DNA of 64,000 nucleotides from Octopus vulgaris (GCA_951406725.2 OX597814.1:23126001-23190000), one strand, 5' to 3'; positions 12,976 through 26,704 are shown, counted from the stretch's first letter. Notes: a model not told the origin generated them from the letters alone. Program-made: numbers and translations.

Positions 12976-15900
12976 ATCTACCTTAGTTGTTATTTTTCAA
13001 TTATGTATACCACAAGATAGAGATTTTCTCTGCTGATTTCATGGATAATTTCAGTCAATGATTTTCAGGTCTTTTATTACACATTACATATGTATTTAAA
13101 CTGCAGAATGCTTGCATGTGATAACCTCCTTCCGTTTATAGTCAATAGCAATAGTTGAGACATTTTAAGATACAGTATGATACATAAGGGGAGGTATACT
13201 CAGAACGTTTTTTGTATGTGAAACAAAGAGTTAAGTTGGTTCCAATATATTTAATAGAGTGAGCCAATAAATTTTGATAAATTAAAACTGCATTCATATT
13301 GAGGGGAAAATATTACTATTTCAATGATAATTCTGTATATGAAAGGTAAGGAAGGTTAGCTCTAAAATTTAAAGTGGATAAAGTAAGTTGAATATGGAAC
13401 ATGTTCAAAGTTATCACTGTAATACTAAAGACCAGTACCTAGTAATTCCTGCGTCACATCAGACCCTGCTATTCTTTCAATTCAGAAAACTATACAAAGC
13501 TAAGATACTGTCTTTCACAAAGTAACAAATTACATGTTTGAGAATCGAAATATTTGCTTCTTTATTCAAAAGTACAATATTTTGCTATTTCAAATTTAGA
13601 TTTCTACAGAAGGTAGATAATCAGATATTTTTACTTTACAGCTTTTAGGTCAGGTCTTTAAGATTCTTGAGTTTGAACCTTGGTCACTACTCCGCAATTT
13701 TTCATAACACTTGCAGGTGATATAGGTTTTTAAAAAAAAAAATTCAATTGACAATGGAAAAAAATGTTTAATAAATATAGTAGTGCCGAGCTTTGGTTTA
13801 GCTTCAGGTTTAATGTATTGGTTTTGCTCTTATTTATACTTAGTACAAATTTTGAAAATATAATAAAAAATAACTTTTGCGAGTTATCTTATAAATATAA
13901 TGTATTTACAATATAAAGTCAATACTTATCATTTTACAAATAATGAAATTAATAAAAGAATCATTAAAAATAAGAATCTTGCAAAACAAATACGATAACA
14001 AAATGCTGTTGATATTGATAAACACAAAAAGTGTGAATATATATTAATATCTGGTGTTAGAATGTTATCAATCAAAAGGTGTTAAAACTATGCCTCAGAT
14101 GAATAAATCAATGTTAATATTTATTTGTGACAACTATATATTCCTCAGGAACCTGATCACTCTTTCTTAATTAAAGTTGTCACTTAGTAGTGAACTATTC
14201 ATCTGTTAGTTCAAACAATAAATTTACTGCTGTGTTATATATGTAAATGGTTTTACCATGTGAATTTTTAAAACTTGTCTTTATAGGAATAAACTGATTG
14301 TTATTAATTTGTTTTAAAATTTTACCAGTCTATTTAAGATTTGAATATTATTATAAATAGCTAACCTTTATTTTTACCATGTTCTAAAATTCTTTATCAT
14401 TCTAACAATTTCTTATTCTAGTATGTTTGTTCTTTTTTTGGCTTTAAATTTGCTGAATATGGATCTTTATGTGGGTTAGACTCTTTGGGAACATTTACAA
14501 GAACAGAAGATATGATACATTTTCTTGATTTTGATTTCCTTTATATTTGTTGATATCAATCAATTTGAAGTCTTTTGCGGACAGAAAACACGTTTGATAA
14601 CAGTTACATATCAGCATTTCATGTTGAGAATGCAGTCCAGAGACCTTATATATGGAGAATTAACCCAACTCAATAATGTTCTGCAGCTAAGTACATAGGA
14701 TAGAGTTATTGGTGTTATTAAGTGTATTGGAAAACCTATATTTTAATGGGGAGTTAAATTTTGGAGGATATTTATTCTGTGTGCTCATTCTGGCCAGTAA
14801 ACATAGAAATATATATATTTTGGATTTCTGCAGTTTTTCAGCTTTGTTCTTGAGAATAAGATATTTAATGCTTGGTTCTTTGTTTTTTAGACTTCACTTT
14901 TGAACAGGATTAGCAATTAAAAGATTATATATTACCCAAATTTACCCTCTCTGAATTGAATTGACATCTCAAACGAACTCTTAGATCCAATTATCATTCT
15001 AGTAAGAGTGATAATTGGAACTATTCCAACAGTTATAAGAAGGTGTTAAGTTTGGAGAATTGGGTCCAAGATTGACTTCTCTCACATTGCTATTATTTGA
15101 TTCTTATAGAATATCAAATCAGTGTTGTACCCACACTCCAAGCATCCAGTGTTAAATAAATTTACCAGTGTAACATTATTTACTAAGCTAAGATGTTTGT
15201 TTATTACCAAGGAATTAACTTCATGTCTATTAATAATTTAGTAACTCTTTTATGTATTATAACTCTCAGTATGCACTGTAAGGTGGTTTGTATCAAGAAA
15301 GGCATCCATCCACTGAAACCAAAACCAAAACATGAAATGCATGTGCAAGATGTGTTCCTTTAATACATATAGAAGGAAAGTAACTGGCTCAGGATGGAGT
15401 GACTGATCCAACATGGAAAGCAGACATAGAATAATGATGATGGTCAAGTTCACTAATGTGGATTTTGGTGCTGAGGTGAGTTTGTGGATGATATCTTAGA
15501 AGCCAGACAATGTATGCTAGGAAATTTGTTAATTGATATTATTATGACTATTCCACTTTGGTTAGCACCACCTCAATATTGTTATTTTAGTTTCATGTAT
15601 TCATATAATGGAGATTTTAACATATCTATTCATCCTTAATACATTCTGGCAGACATGAACCATGAACATGAATTTGAACACCATTGTTGCTTTTCATCAT
15701 CATAGAACATCACCTGCCTTAAGACAATTTGTGATAATAACACGTATGATTCACTGGTGTAAGAAACTTTGAGGCACCATAGAGTTTCAACTTAATTATG
15801 TGACTCCTCTATCAAACCTACCTTACAGAACTGATAGATCTCATATGAGCACAAAGGCTTGCTTATAGAAAGCAGCAAGAAAATTATATGCTGGTGCATG

Positions 15901-16519
15901 CTGATGTCTACAAAACATTTAATAATTCATGGAGTGCTAGCAAAATAGTGAGAATCCAAACATTATTCAAAACACTTCTATATTTCTTATGTGTTTCTTC
16001 TGTTACTATAGACATGCCCTTAATTTTAAGTCTGGAGTACTGTATGCCACTTTGTGCTTCTTGTAAGCATAAGACAAATTACTCCTTTTTCAAATAGATG
16101 GCATTATGTTTTTTGCTTTGTAAAATGACTTTGTAATTATTATTAATAACACAGTGGCATTTGATATTTTTCGTGTAAGAATATTTAGGTATTTTCATTT
16201 TGGGAATTAAAAATATCAGATTGTAAGTACAATTTGAAGAAGACTGCTGGCAGAATTCAAAATGGAAATACTTATACTGTGACTCTTAGTAATGTTGTTA
16301 ATGAAAGATAATAAACTACAGTAACTCCAGGTTTAATTTTTAGCCAATCTTTTGTATAAAATAATTGATGGGAGAATTATTGATTTACTGTTTTTCTGAA
16401 GCTATGAGTGACAAGGAATTATGTAATGCAGCCGAGCAACCACTATACACAGAATTTTTATTCTGAACTCCTAAGTTTCCAATTTCATCTCTATATCATC
16501 ATCATTATTATTATGATCA

Positions 16520-16565
<46 letters not shown>

Positions 16566-16581
16566 TATATATATATATTTG

Positions 16582-16622
<41 letters not shown>

Positions 16623-16636
16623 CATATATATATGTT

Positions 16637-16672
<36 letters not shown>
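16520..16672. repeat. (TA)n/(TATG)n microsatellite
   Basis: Direct reading. Confidence 0.9.
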
Positions 16673-16673
<1 letters not shown>

Positions 16674-17604
16674 CTGTTAATGCTTATGTGTATGTGTGTA
16701 TACTGTAAAGGGTATAGCTTGATAGTTATAACTTTAGTCAATCTGTCGATGTCATATCCAATACTTTAATTTCCAACTGAATGGGTGTAAAAAAATATAA
16801 TCTATCAACTTCTGCGCATGTCTTGTATTTGTTTGTGCAAAGGAAAAAAAAATTAGATTTTTTTACTCAATACGTTGTACAACAAGTTTTATATGGCCAT
16901 TCTAAAAATATAAGGCAAAATAAAGAAAATAATATTGACATAACTGTTGTCAGTGAGAATATGAGTTCTTTCAATCTTCAATCAATAACATATGATTTGT
17001 GAACATGCATTATAATAGGAAGCTATGCAGAGGAATTTGCACATATCAAAATTCACATTTAAGTCTATGTACTCAGAGAAGCATGACTTCTGCATTAAAC
17101 AACAATGATGATTCAGCAAGCTAGGCAAACACTAGACATGGCAGATACCTTACAAATTGGAAAAACCACTAACTTTTGTCACTTTTTCCTTTCATTTTTC
17201 TTTCTGCTATTTTTCATTGTCAAGTTTTACATGTCACTCTTTTTCGGCCCCTTTCAAATAAAGTGTTGAGAAACTAGGAAAATTCAAAGTAGTAGATATA
17301 GATCTTGAAGAGCAGGATTTTGTTTAATTTTTTCCTAATGTTGTTGTTAGTTAGCCCTACTTCAGAACTGATCAAGCAGGCTTGTGATCTAAGGCATCCC
17401 AGTATTGACCATTCCATCACATTTTTAGCTACAGTGTTCCTAGGATTAAAATATCAAATGTTTCTCACTTTGAATTTTTTAAAGTAGTAAAGTGTGATGT
17501 GAGGAAAATTTGGCTGCTACCAGGTTGAGTGACTGTGTAAAAGCTTCCTCATTTGTGCAGTTGAAATTTAGTGTCATGTAAAGATAGACAAAAGGATAAA
17601 ATAA

Positions 17605-17835
17605 GGCAGCGAGCTGGCAGAAATGTTAGCACACCTGGCGAAATGCTTAGTGGTATTTTGTCTGTCTTTACGTTCTGAGTTCAAATTCTGCTGAGGTTGA
17701 CTTTGCCTTTCATCCATTCAGGGTCGATTAAATAAGAACTAGTTATGCCCTGGATTTGATATAATCGACTTAATCCATTTGTCTGTCCTTGTTTGTCCCC
17801 TCTGTGTGTAGCCCCTTGTGGGCAGTAAAGAAATA
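17605..17835 (+). mobile_element. SINE family B
   Basis: High similarity to 2767-2996. Confidence 0.9.
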
Positions 17836-18244
17836 AGAAGATAAAATAACTCCATGCAACAACAGTCATCAAAAGTAAAGATTTTATGCTATGATTAGTG
17901 GAATATTTACTGAAAAAGTTATAGTACAGTCAATAGAAATAGAAATTTGAGTACTAAATCTTCTAGTATCATGCTGAATATTTTTATCTTAATTTGACAA
18001 TTGCTAACACTTGTATATTTTGTTTTAATCCTTCTGTCTTACTTATTCTTTACTGTTAATTTTTCCTTACTTTCATTACTCTTAATATATTTATCCAGTG
18101 CTACTAGTAAATGATCCTCTTTGATGAAGGGGTTTGTCCAAAATGTTAGAATTTTCTCCTTCACAGCACAGTAATTTATTCCACTATACAAACATTCTGT
18201 ATAACTTTTTATAAACATAGACCATCCTTGGTTTTTCAGATTCG

Positions 18245-18905
18245 TCATCATCCTCCTCCTCATCATCATTGTTTAACGTCTGTTTTCCATGCTAGCATGG
18301 GTTGGACGGTTCGACCAAGGCCTGGGAAGTCAGGAGGCCGCACCAGGCTCCAGTCTGATTTGGTAGTGTTTCTACAGCTAGATACCATTCCTAACGTCAA
18401 CCACTCTGTGAGTGTAGTGGGTGCCTTTTACATGCCACTGGCACAGGGGCCAGGGTAGGCTGGCAAACTGCCATGATCGGTTGGTGCTTTTTACATGTCA
18501 CTGACACAGACGCCAGTCAGGCGGCACTGGCATCAGCCACGATCGGATGGTGCTTTTTACATGCCACCAGCATTGGTATCATAACTACAATTTCCATTTG
18601 ATTTTTATTTTGATGTTGATGTTGACGTACTTGACTCAATAGGTCTCCTCAAGCACAGCGAGTCACTACAATCCAAGCTCTATACAGTGGGTCACTCTAT
18701 GGCACAGCAGGCTGTCCTGCGAGCCATGAGCTCATTTCATTTGTCGGGTCTTCACAGTCACAGCATATCTCAGGTCTCGGCCTTTTGTCATTTCCACTGT
18801 GAGGCCCAACGTGCCACCAGTACGGGTATCACAACTACAATATCCATTTGATTTTTATTTTGATGTTGATGTACTTGACTCAATAGGTCTCCTCAAGTAC
18901 AGGAT
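18245..18905 (-). mobile_element. Family C RTE-tailed element with internal duplication
   Basis: Family C core. caactacaat.tccatttgatttttattttgatgttgatgt...gactcaataggtctcctcaag repeated at ~18580 and ~18830. Confidence 0.85.
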
Positions 18906-19119
18906 CTCCTCAACTGTTTAAATCCATAAGTATCTTTATGTGTAACTGAAAGGCAGCTGACAAAATTTGGAAATCAAAATGTCACAAGAGATCCTGATAT
19001 GAAAAAAGGCCAGTAATTTTATACAGCTGATGTTGTTATTTAGCACAGATAAGTATTGATCCAGAAAAGCTACGATCAAAAGTGTTTTCATTATGATGCT
19101 TCTTTATCTTATTTATTCT

Positions 19120-19330
19120 ATCATAATACAAGGTATAATCAAAAAGTATCCAGCATTATTTTTTCTTCTCAACACTAATGCTGCAAGGGCAAAATCCTCA
19201 GTGCATGTCATCAGATTGACACTCAAACACTCTGAAATGTTTGTATTGGAGCTTCCGGCATGATTACCAAGCAGAACAGCATGTTGCTTCCAAAATTCTG
19301 GCAAAGTGAATTGCGTCATTGTGCTGCTTT
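19120..19330 (-). pseudogene. Possible hAT transposase C-terminal dimerisation-domain relic
   Basis: LPEFWKQHAVL...SNTNISECLSV...CTED resembles the hATC motif (FW...P.S....ER.FS). Confidence 0.4.
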
Positions 19331-19399
19331 TCTCACAACTGGTGCCCAACTGACCCTACTATACTGTGTAGTCAACTAAATTAAAAATAAACAATGTGC

Positions 19400-19437
19400 A
19401 TGTGAGAGCAGAAATTGAAAGAAGATATATGAAATGG

Positions 19438-19473
<36 letters not shown>

Positions 19474-20552
19474 GCATGTATATGTGAGAGAGAAAGAGGG
19501 TCAGAAAGAGAGATAGAGTGAGTGAGTGAAGGTGTGTGTCATGATGACTGACGTATTTGTACGTAGTCTGTTTCTGAGAGCTATTCTGTTGGACCTCTGT
19601 CTAATCATTAAAACATTGATTTAATTATGAACATAGAAAGAAATTATACATTAATCCCTATTATTGTAAGCATTTGTATCTGTAAAAATTTTATTTGCAA
19701 AGAGCAGAAATTGAAAGAAGATATATGAAATGGATGTGCGTGTGTGTGTGTGTAGTTTGACTGAGAAATTGTAAGTAAAGATTAAGATTATTAACACCAC
19801 AAAGAGGTGAAAGAAGAGAGACAGCATAGCGAAAATTTTGACTGACTGTCATCCTGTACTCCCCTTGTTGGTAGTGAAATGGTATACGCCGGCTGTGTAA
19901 GCAACTGGTTGTTTTAATGGCGGAAAAAAAAATGGGGAATTCCATTAGAAAAAGTTTTAATCGATTTTCTCGGTAACTATGGAGGGTCTATTTGGATGAT
20001 GTGGCTGTGATCGTTTTTGGTTAGGCATAATCTATAACAGCGTTTCTCAACCTTATTTCGGGTCCCCTGTTTTGATTGGAGCCTCCCCTCATGTCAGAAA
20101 ACAGCTTCAGGAATTGTGAAGAAAGAATTTGTACATAGTCTGTTTCTGAGAGCTATTCTATGGGACCTCTGTCTAATCAGTTAAACATTGATTTAATTAC
20201 GAACATAGAAAGAAATTATACATTAATCCCTATTTTGTAAGTGGTTGTACCTGTAAAAATTTTATTTGCAGAGAGCAGAAATTGAAAGAAGATATATGAA
20301 ATGGATGTGTGTGTATGTGTGTGCATATGTGTGTGTGCATATGTGTGTGTGCATGCGTGCGTGCTTGCGCGTATGTATGTGAGAGAGAAGAAGAGAGACA
20401 GCATAGTGAAAGTTTTATCTGACTGTCATCCTGTACTCACCTTGTTGCTAGCGAAATGGTATATGCCGGCTGTGTGAGCAACTGGTTGTTTTAATGGCGG
20501 AACTAACAGGAGAAATCCATTAGAAAAAGTTTTAATCGATTTTCTCGGTAAG
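19400..20552. repeat. Local tandem duplication (~570-bp period, plus a partial third unit)
   Basis: 19555-19976 matches 20127-20551. gagcagaaattgaaagaagatatatgaaatgga occurs at ~19405, ~19702 and ~20273. Confidence 0.9.
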
Positions 20553-21926
20553 TATGGGGGCTAGAAGAAAATACAAACTGCATTCCAATCTATGCACTCG
20601 TCTCCACATGTATGCCATTTTTCACGTGAATCTATCCAGCCATTTGGCTGTGAACCTCAAGACAAGAAAGAATACAATGATCACCCACGTCCAGTTTATA
20701 TTATATATAGTCCAACTCATACAAGCATGGAAGGTGGACATTAAATGATGATGATGATGATGATGATGTGTGAGTGTGTATCTGTGTGTGCATGTGTATG
20801 TGTGCATGCTTATATGTATGCATGTATGTATGTATGTATACGTGTGTATGTATGTATGTGTGTGTGTGTATGTATGTGTGTATGTATGTATGTATGTATA
20901 TACATAAAAGGATCAAAAGATAAATTGTATATATTCATATTGTAATGAACCTTTTTAATGAACTTTAATGAAGAAGTCGATAGATATCAATCAGAATATT
21001 TTCAAATTAGAATGTAGCTTAGTCACAGTCGTACATAATTCATCACTTGTGTTTGTTTGCCTTTTTTTTTTGTAAATATACTTCTTAGATTTATTTACAA
21101 AGAAATATTATAGATAAAAATTTTAGCATTTAAAATTTTCTGGAACATAATAAAGTAAAGAAGAAGGAAAGAGAAAAAATCAACTAATTAGTTTGTATAC
21201 AAAATACAGAGATAACATGAGGCAAACAGAAAATTACATATAATATATGAAAGCAAGGTTAATGATGTTTAATAAAATGAATATTTCAAAGGGAATCATG
21301 ACTTATATGTTCAGCTGATTTGTTGCATTTCATGCTAATATTTTAAAAACTATTGGCTGCTAATTATTATAGTTATTGATATCAGTAAAATTATTAATGA
21401 AATATAATCACTGTATTATATGTTTTGAATGAAGTATGAATTAAACCTATTTAACTCATAATTTCCACATGATCACACACATATACATATTTACTAGCTT
21501 TTGATATTTCCCATATAGAATGGAAATCAGATTCAACACTACACTGTACATTTCCTCTCTCTCTCTCTCTCACTCACACACACATACACACACACACACA
21601 CATATTAATTTATATATTTGTAGCAGTATTTAGATTGCTCCCTGTTACTACTTAAAGTTTTGCAAGTGTTACTGATCACATATCTGACTTCTTGATGTTT
21701 AAGTTACAGTATCTATAATTATACATTTATAATAAAATACTATGAGTTGATCATTCTTATTGCTTTAATATCTACTGTTCTATGCTTACATGGATCCGAC
21801 AGAATTTCTACAAAGAGTTGCACTTTCTGTTGCTAAGCGATGTAGTATTTCTCCATAACCACACACTATTTGTAGGTTTGTGTCATATCAATACAAGGGA
21901 AAGAATGGATGTAAACACAAACACAG

Positions 21927-21957
<31 letters not shown>

Positions 21958-22110
21958 GGGGGGAGAATTCACAAAAACAAAAGACAAAGACAGGTGGTGT
22001 AGACAACAAACAGATGTATTAGTATAACGCTCAGGAAGTGAGAAAGTCTTTTACGTTTCGTGCTTACACTCTTCCACAGAAAGAAACAGGGAAAGAAAAT
22101 AAAGAATGTG
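21958..22110 (-). mobile_element. Short Penelope-derived element carrying a hammerhead-like motif
   Basis: Adjoins (TA)n. Shares acgctcaggaa with the 43690 element. Contains an HHR fold at 22047-22084. Confidence 0.6.
22047..22084 (-). ncRNA. Minimal type-I hammerhead-ribozyme-like motif (variant core CUGUGGA)
   Basis: Minus strand UCUUU CUGUGGA A GAGU GUAA GCAC GAA ACGU A AAAGA: 5-bp stem I, imperfect stem II, palindromic ACGU stem III, GUA site. Confidence 0.6.
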
Positions 22111-22243
22111 TCTACCAAATTTATTCAAAAGCTTTGGTCAGCCTGAGGCTATAGTTGAAGACTCTTTTCTAAGGTGCCACACAGTGGGACTGAATCCAGA
22201 ACCATGTAGTTGGGAAGCAAACTTCTTACCACACAGCCACCTC
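22110..22243 (-). mobile_element. SINE family A, 5' head
   Basis: ctaccaaat...ggtgccacacagtgggactgaa...ttaccacacagccac. Confidence 0.8.
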
Positions 22244-22616
22244 CCCATACTTTCTTCTATTCATCTTCTTGTACCTTGAGACTATGCTCTGATGTATCAT
22301 CCCTGCCATCTTTATGTCTCTTTCCAGCACCACTCAAATTACCTGACCCATACTTATATAATGCAGAGTAGCCATGCATTTTCTCTATAGTAACAAGCCT
22401 ATTCTTGTCCTTTCTATCATATTTTAACCTTTCAACACATAACATATAACCATCACATGACCCTGTCTCAACCAATCTCACACCTGATAACTGTAAGTCT
22501 GAGAATTAAGCAATTACTGTTAGTTATGTAACCTGGTTTGTTCATTTGGGTGTTATAAAACTACATATATATATATGTGTGTGTATATATATATATATAT
22601 ATATAAAGTTAATGTG

Positions 22617-22652
<36 letters not shown>

Positions 22653-22653
<1 letters not shown>

Positions 22654-23836
22654 TAGCATTATGACCTGTCGTTGCCGGGTCATAGTGCTAGTGCATGTAT
22701 ATATGTGTATATATATGTGTACATATTACATGTGCATCTATATATATATATCTACACATAAAATACAAAGTACAAAGTTATATCTTGATTTCGCTAGTGA
22801 TAACAATACTCAAAATATATAACAGACTGGAATTGTAAGCCCGTCTCTTGTAATTTCGATCAACTGCGTCTTGTCCTCCCTCTTGTATAGAGATGTGGCT
22901 ACAATCCAGCCTACCTCAACTGTTTTTTTGTGGGGTGGGATTTTAAATTTTTATCCGGTACGTCCTACGTCCCAGATATAAAGGTAAAAATAAAATATTT
23001 CCACTTTGCAAGTTCGAGTCGAGTACTCCCTTGCACGCTCCGTTGACTCAAACCTTGCTTCTATTGTGGCGAATTTACCACCTCTGGTTAGATATCTTTC
23101 ATAGTTGCACCAAGACACTTTTTGATGGTGCTTTCCTCCAGGTGTTCAAATCTTCTTTTTTCTCTACATTGTATACTTTATAGACAATAATCTTTTCTTT
23201 AATTTAATTTTTTATTATCCATCTGGACTATTCCATTTCTGCACGCTAATTTTATTTTTAATTTATTCCCATTCATGTGAAACTACTTATTCAAGTTCAA
23301 GTCATTGATGCAATTTTATACCAATTGCTATTTTTACTTTTGTTATGTTACGATTATATTATACTTTAGTTTGATTTTAATTATTACTTACTACATATAA
23401 TTCAATTGTTATTATTATTTTTATTGTTAAAGTGAAAGTGTTTGACATAAAATAGAGAAATGTTTTTGTTTCACTTTTAACACGTAATACTGAAATAGTG
23501 GAGAAGATATGATATTGCTATGAGCTCGCTCTAGGCAAGAAGTTGAACATTTTTTTTTTGTTCATGAAACTACATGGATACTAAGTAAGGCATGTGTAAA
23601 ATTTGAATGAAATTGGTTGTGTAGTTCTCAAGTTTTAGGGAATCGTAGTGGAGAAGATATGATATTGCTGTGGGCTCGCCCTAGGCAAAAAGTTAAAATT
23701 TTTTGCCGATGACACTTCCTGGACTCTAAGTAAGGCATGTGTAAAATTTGAATGAAATTGGTCGTGCAGTTCTCAAGTTTTAGGGAAACACACAGACAGA
23801 CACACACACACATTCTCAGTTTTATATATATAGAGA
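22653..23836 (-). mobile_element. Non-autonomous Helitron
   Basis: Minus strand starts TC(TC)TATATATA, carries a (TGTC)n/(TG)n tract, and ends in a hairpin plus CTAG, within (TA)n. Internal ~150-bp duplication at 23497-23640 and 23646-23787. Confidence 0.75.
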
Positions 23837-26264
23837 TATACTAAAATCTGTGTCTGTGCAAATATGTGTATGTAATCTAGTCCACTCATAATCTGTGAGT
23901 GTAAGTGTGCATATGATTTGTTTATGTGTGGAGGATATGCATCATGTGTGCTTCTAAGAAGGCAATTAAGAAATACATGTTTCAAATACTTTTATGGAAT
24001 AAAGCTAAAAATTCTGAAGTTTATTTATGCATAAACCTAGTATTTCAAATATAAATTCAATGAATAACTCAAATATATTATACTGCATATTAATGAGCCA
24101 ACAGCTGAACCTCTACATGGTAGTTTATTCAGGATGAAACAGCAGCCAAATCTTCAATTTGCTTTTTACTGTCTTGAAAGGTGGAAGCATACATTGAACA
24201 ATGTAATCCTAGATATAGAGAAATACAGTTTTTTCTTTTCATCTGGAACTCCTTTGACCATCAGTCTATTTCATGAGGACTGACTTATAGTTAAACAGCA
24301 ACCACTGCATTTTAACTACACCAATATTTCTTCCTAGACTCTTGTATTTTTCAGTCCATTCCACACTGACTCTCAGCTTTTGACTTCATGCATATATATC
24401 AATAATGAAAGCAAATAATATATGTCCCAAGGTATTATATTTCTATATTTTTATAAAAGCAGACTTCCAGGTTTCCAGATAACACTACAATAACAGTCAC
24501 ATGACAGGAAGCAAAACCAACTCATAAAAAGCAAAGTTCAAACTGTCACCGAAAACAATGTCCCTGTGACAGAAAGTTTCTAATTCCTTCTTAGTTTATG
24601 ACAAATCAATAATGAAAGAAAAAAATATAAATGTTCAATTTATAAACAGCAACAATATTTGTGCCTTTAAGCGAGAAAAACAAGTTGTTGATCAGTATGT
24701 TCACAAAAATAAAGCACAAATGTATATAGCCATGAATACACAAACAAAACATGCGGAAAAATACATAAATATAAATACACATACTTAGATACATACCAAT
24801 ATGCATGTGTAGATGCATACTTTATCATATGATCAAACACAATCACACACACACACATCCTATCAAGATACCACATATACACATTCCAGCAAAATACCAC
24901 AATAAACACACACATTTACTCATGTAGCATATGTGCGTGTGTGTCCGTGTCCATGTGTGTGTGTGTGTGTGTATGCATGTGTGGTGAATATGTTTTTGAA
25001 TTACTGATACATATTTTTTTTTGTTACCTAATGAAAACTAAAAAATATAAAGACTGAAGAATGTTATTAACTTACAGGGAAACCAATAAGTTATCAACAC
25101 AAGGCTCAGAAAGAAAAACATGTATTGATTTTCAACTTGTACATGAATATTGTTAATTACAAAGTCATTTTTTTTTGTTTTTGTTTTTATTTTATTTTCT
25201 TATATTTTATTATTTAACTTCTTCCTTTTCTTACTTTTATCGTATTGTATTTTAGTTTTGTTACTTGTTTCCTTCCTGAAATTAATTGAAATGTCTTTGA
25301 AATTTGATAGAAACTGATTATAGCTTTGTTCCTGATTAACGTAAGAAATTAGAATGGAAATTGCACCAGCATGTTTTGTTTTCTCCTATTAGTCTATTGG
25401 CAACAAAATGTACATTAAAATAAATGTTTATTTTCTTTTGAGAAAGTTTTTTTTAAAAATTTTCTACATCTACACACAATTCTTTAAAAAAAATTACAGT
25501 AAATTTAACTCATCATGTTGATTACATCAAAGTTCCACAATAAGATTGAATTTCTGCTGAAGAAATATTTCTTGATTTCATATAAAGTACATTAGAAATA
25601 TATGTATTTTAACAGTGTAACTGATGTTTTCTTTCTTATAAGCTAGTTGTACTGTGATATTAATGATCTGTACATAAAAAGAAATATATTTCTCCAATTA
25701 TTTCTTGTGTGTTTTTCTCCTTTATTATTTTAACTTGAATTTTATGATTCTACATATTCAAACATTGGCATGGTGAGTTAATGCAAATATTTGAAAGCTT
25801 CACAAATTTTTCTGTACTATAAAGGCAAGAATGTTATTATAAGGGAAGCTAAGATGAATGGGTTAAAATAATTTTTTAATTTACTTTTTAGACCTGGAAG
25901 GAGGGTAATACATATACCTTCTGAGGTTTGTGAGATGGGTGTCATACATGTCTCACTTAGACTGTTGCAAGTCAGTATCCACAGTGAGGAGGTTCTAGAT
26001 GACTAACACCTTGGAGAGATCAGATTGGAAATAGTTGTTAGTGTGAGGACCTAGAGGATTTGATACTACATTGGTGATGTCAAGAGGAGAAACAACTGAG
26101 TAAGGAGCACAGACTGGAGGTTTCATTACACCAACAAAACCTGAAGAACAGATTATAGAGACAGTAAAAAGGGCAGAGTAGTGTGCAAATTGATAAAAAT
26201 AGGACACAATACATGGTGCATAGCTTGAATTTATGAAATTTTAATCTTTTTCTTATTGGCGGTC

Positions 26265-26420
26265 TCTGGTTTAGTCCCACTGCACGGCACATTGGGCAAG
26301 TGTCTTCTATTACAGTGCCAGGCTGGCCAAAGCCTTGTGAGTGAATTTGGGAGACATGAAGTGAAAGAAGCATCTTGTATTGTATATATACATACATACA
26401 TGTGTGTGTGTGTGTGTATG
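26265..26420 (+). mobile_element. SINE family A fragment
   Basis: agtcccactgcacggcacattgggcaagtgtcttct...aaagccttgtgagtgaatttgg. Confidence 0.8.
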
Positions 26421-26633
26421 CATATATATATATATATATACGTTTAAATATTTGGCTGACGGTTAGTAGAGTGTGAGAACATGTAAGTGTGCATGATATA
26501 TGTTGGTCACAGAGTTGAAAGAACCGAAATAAGATTAAGATTAATGTAAAAAATAAATATCACTGAAGCAAAATAACACCAAATATATAGTGCGTGTGTT
26601 TTTATTGGCTAAACTGGCAATATGACCATTCCG

Positions 26634-26675
<42 letters not shown>

Positions 26676-26704
26676 TATGTGTGTGCATGATATATGTTGG
26701 TATG

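Noticed and set aside
13641-13716. Plus-strand AG...GT-bounded segment as a coding exon
   Set aside because: Stops in all three frames and no partner exons. A similar candidate at ~29450-29568 is also closed.
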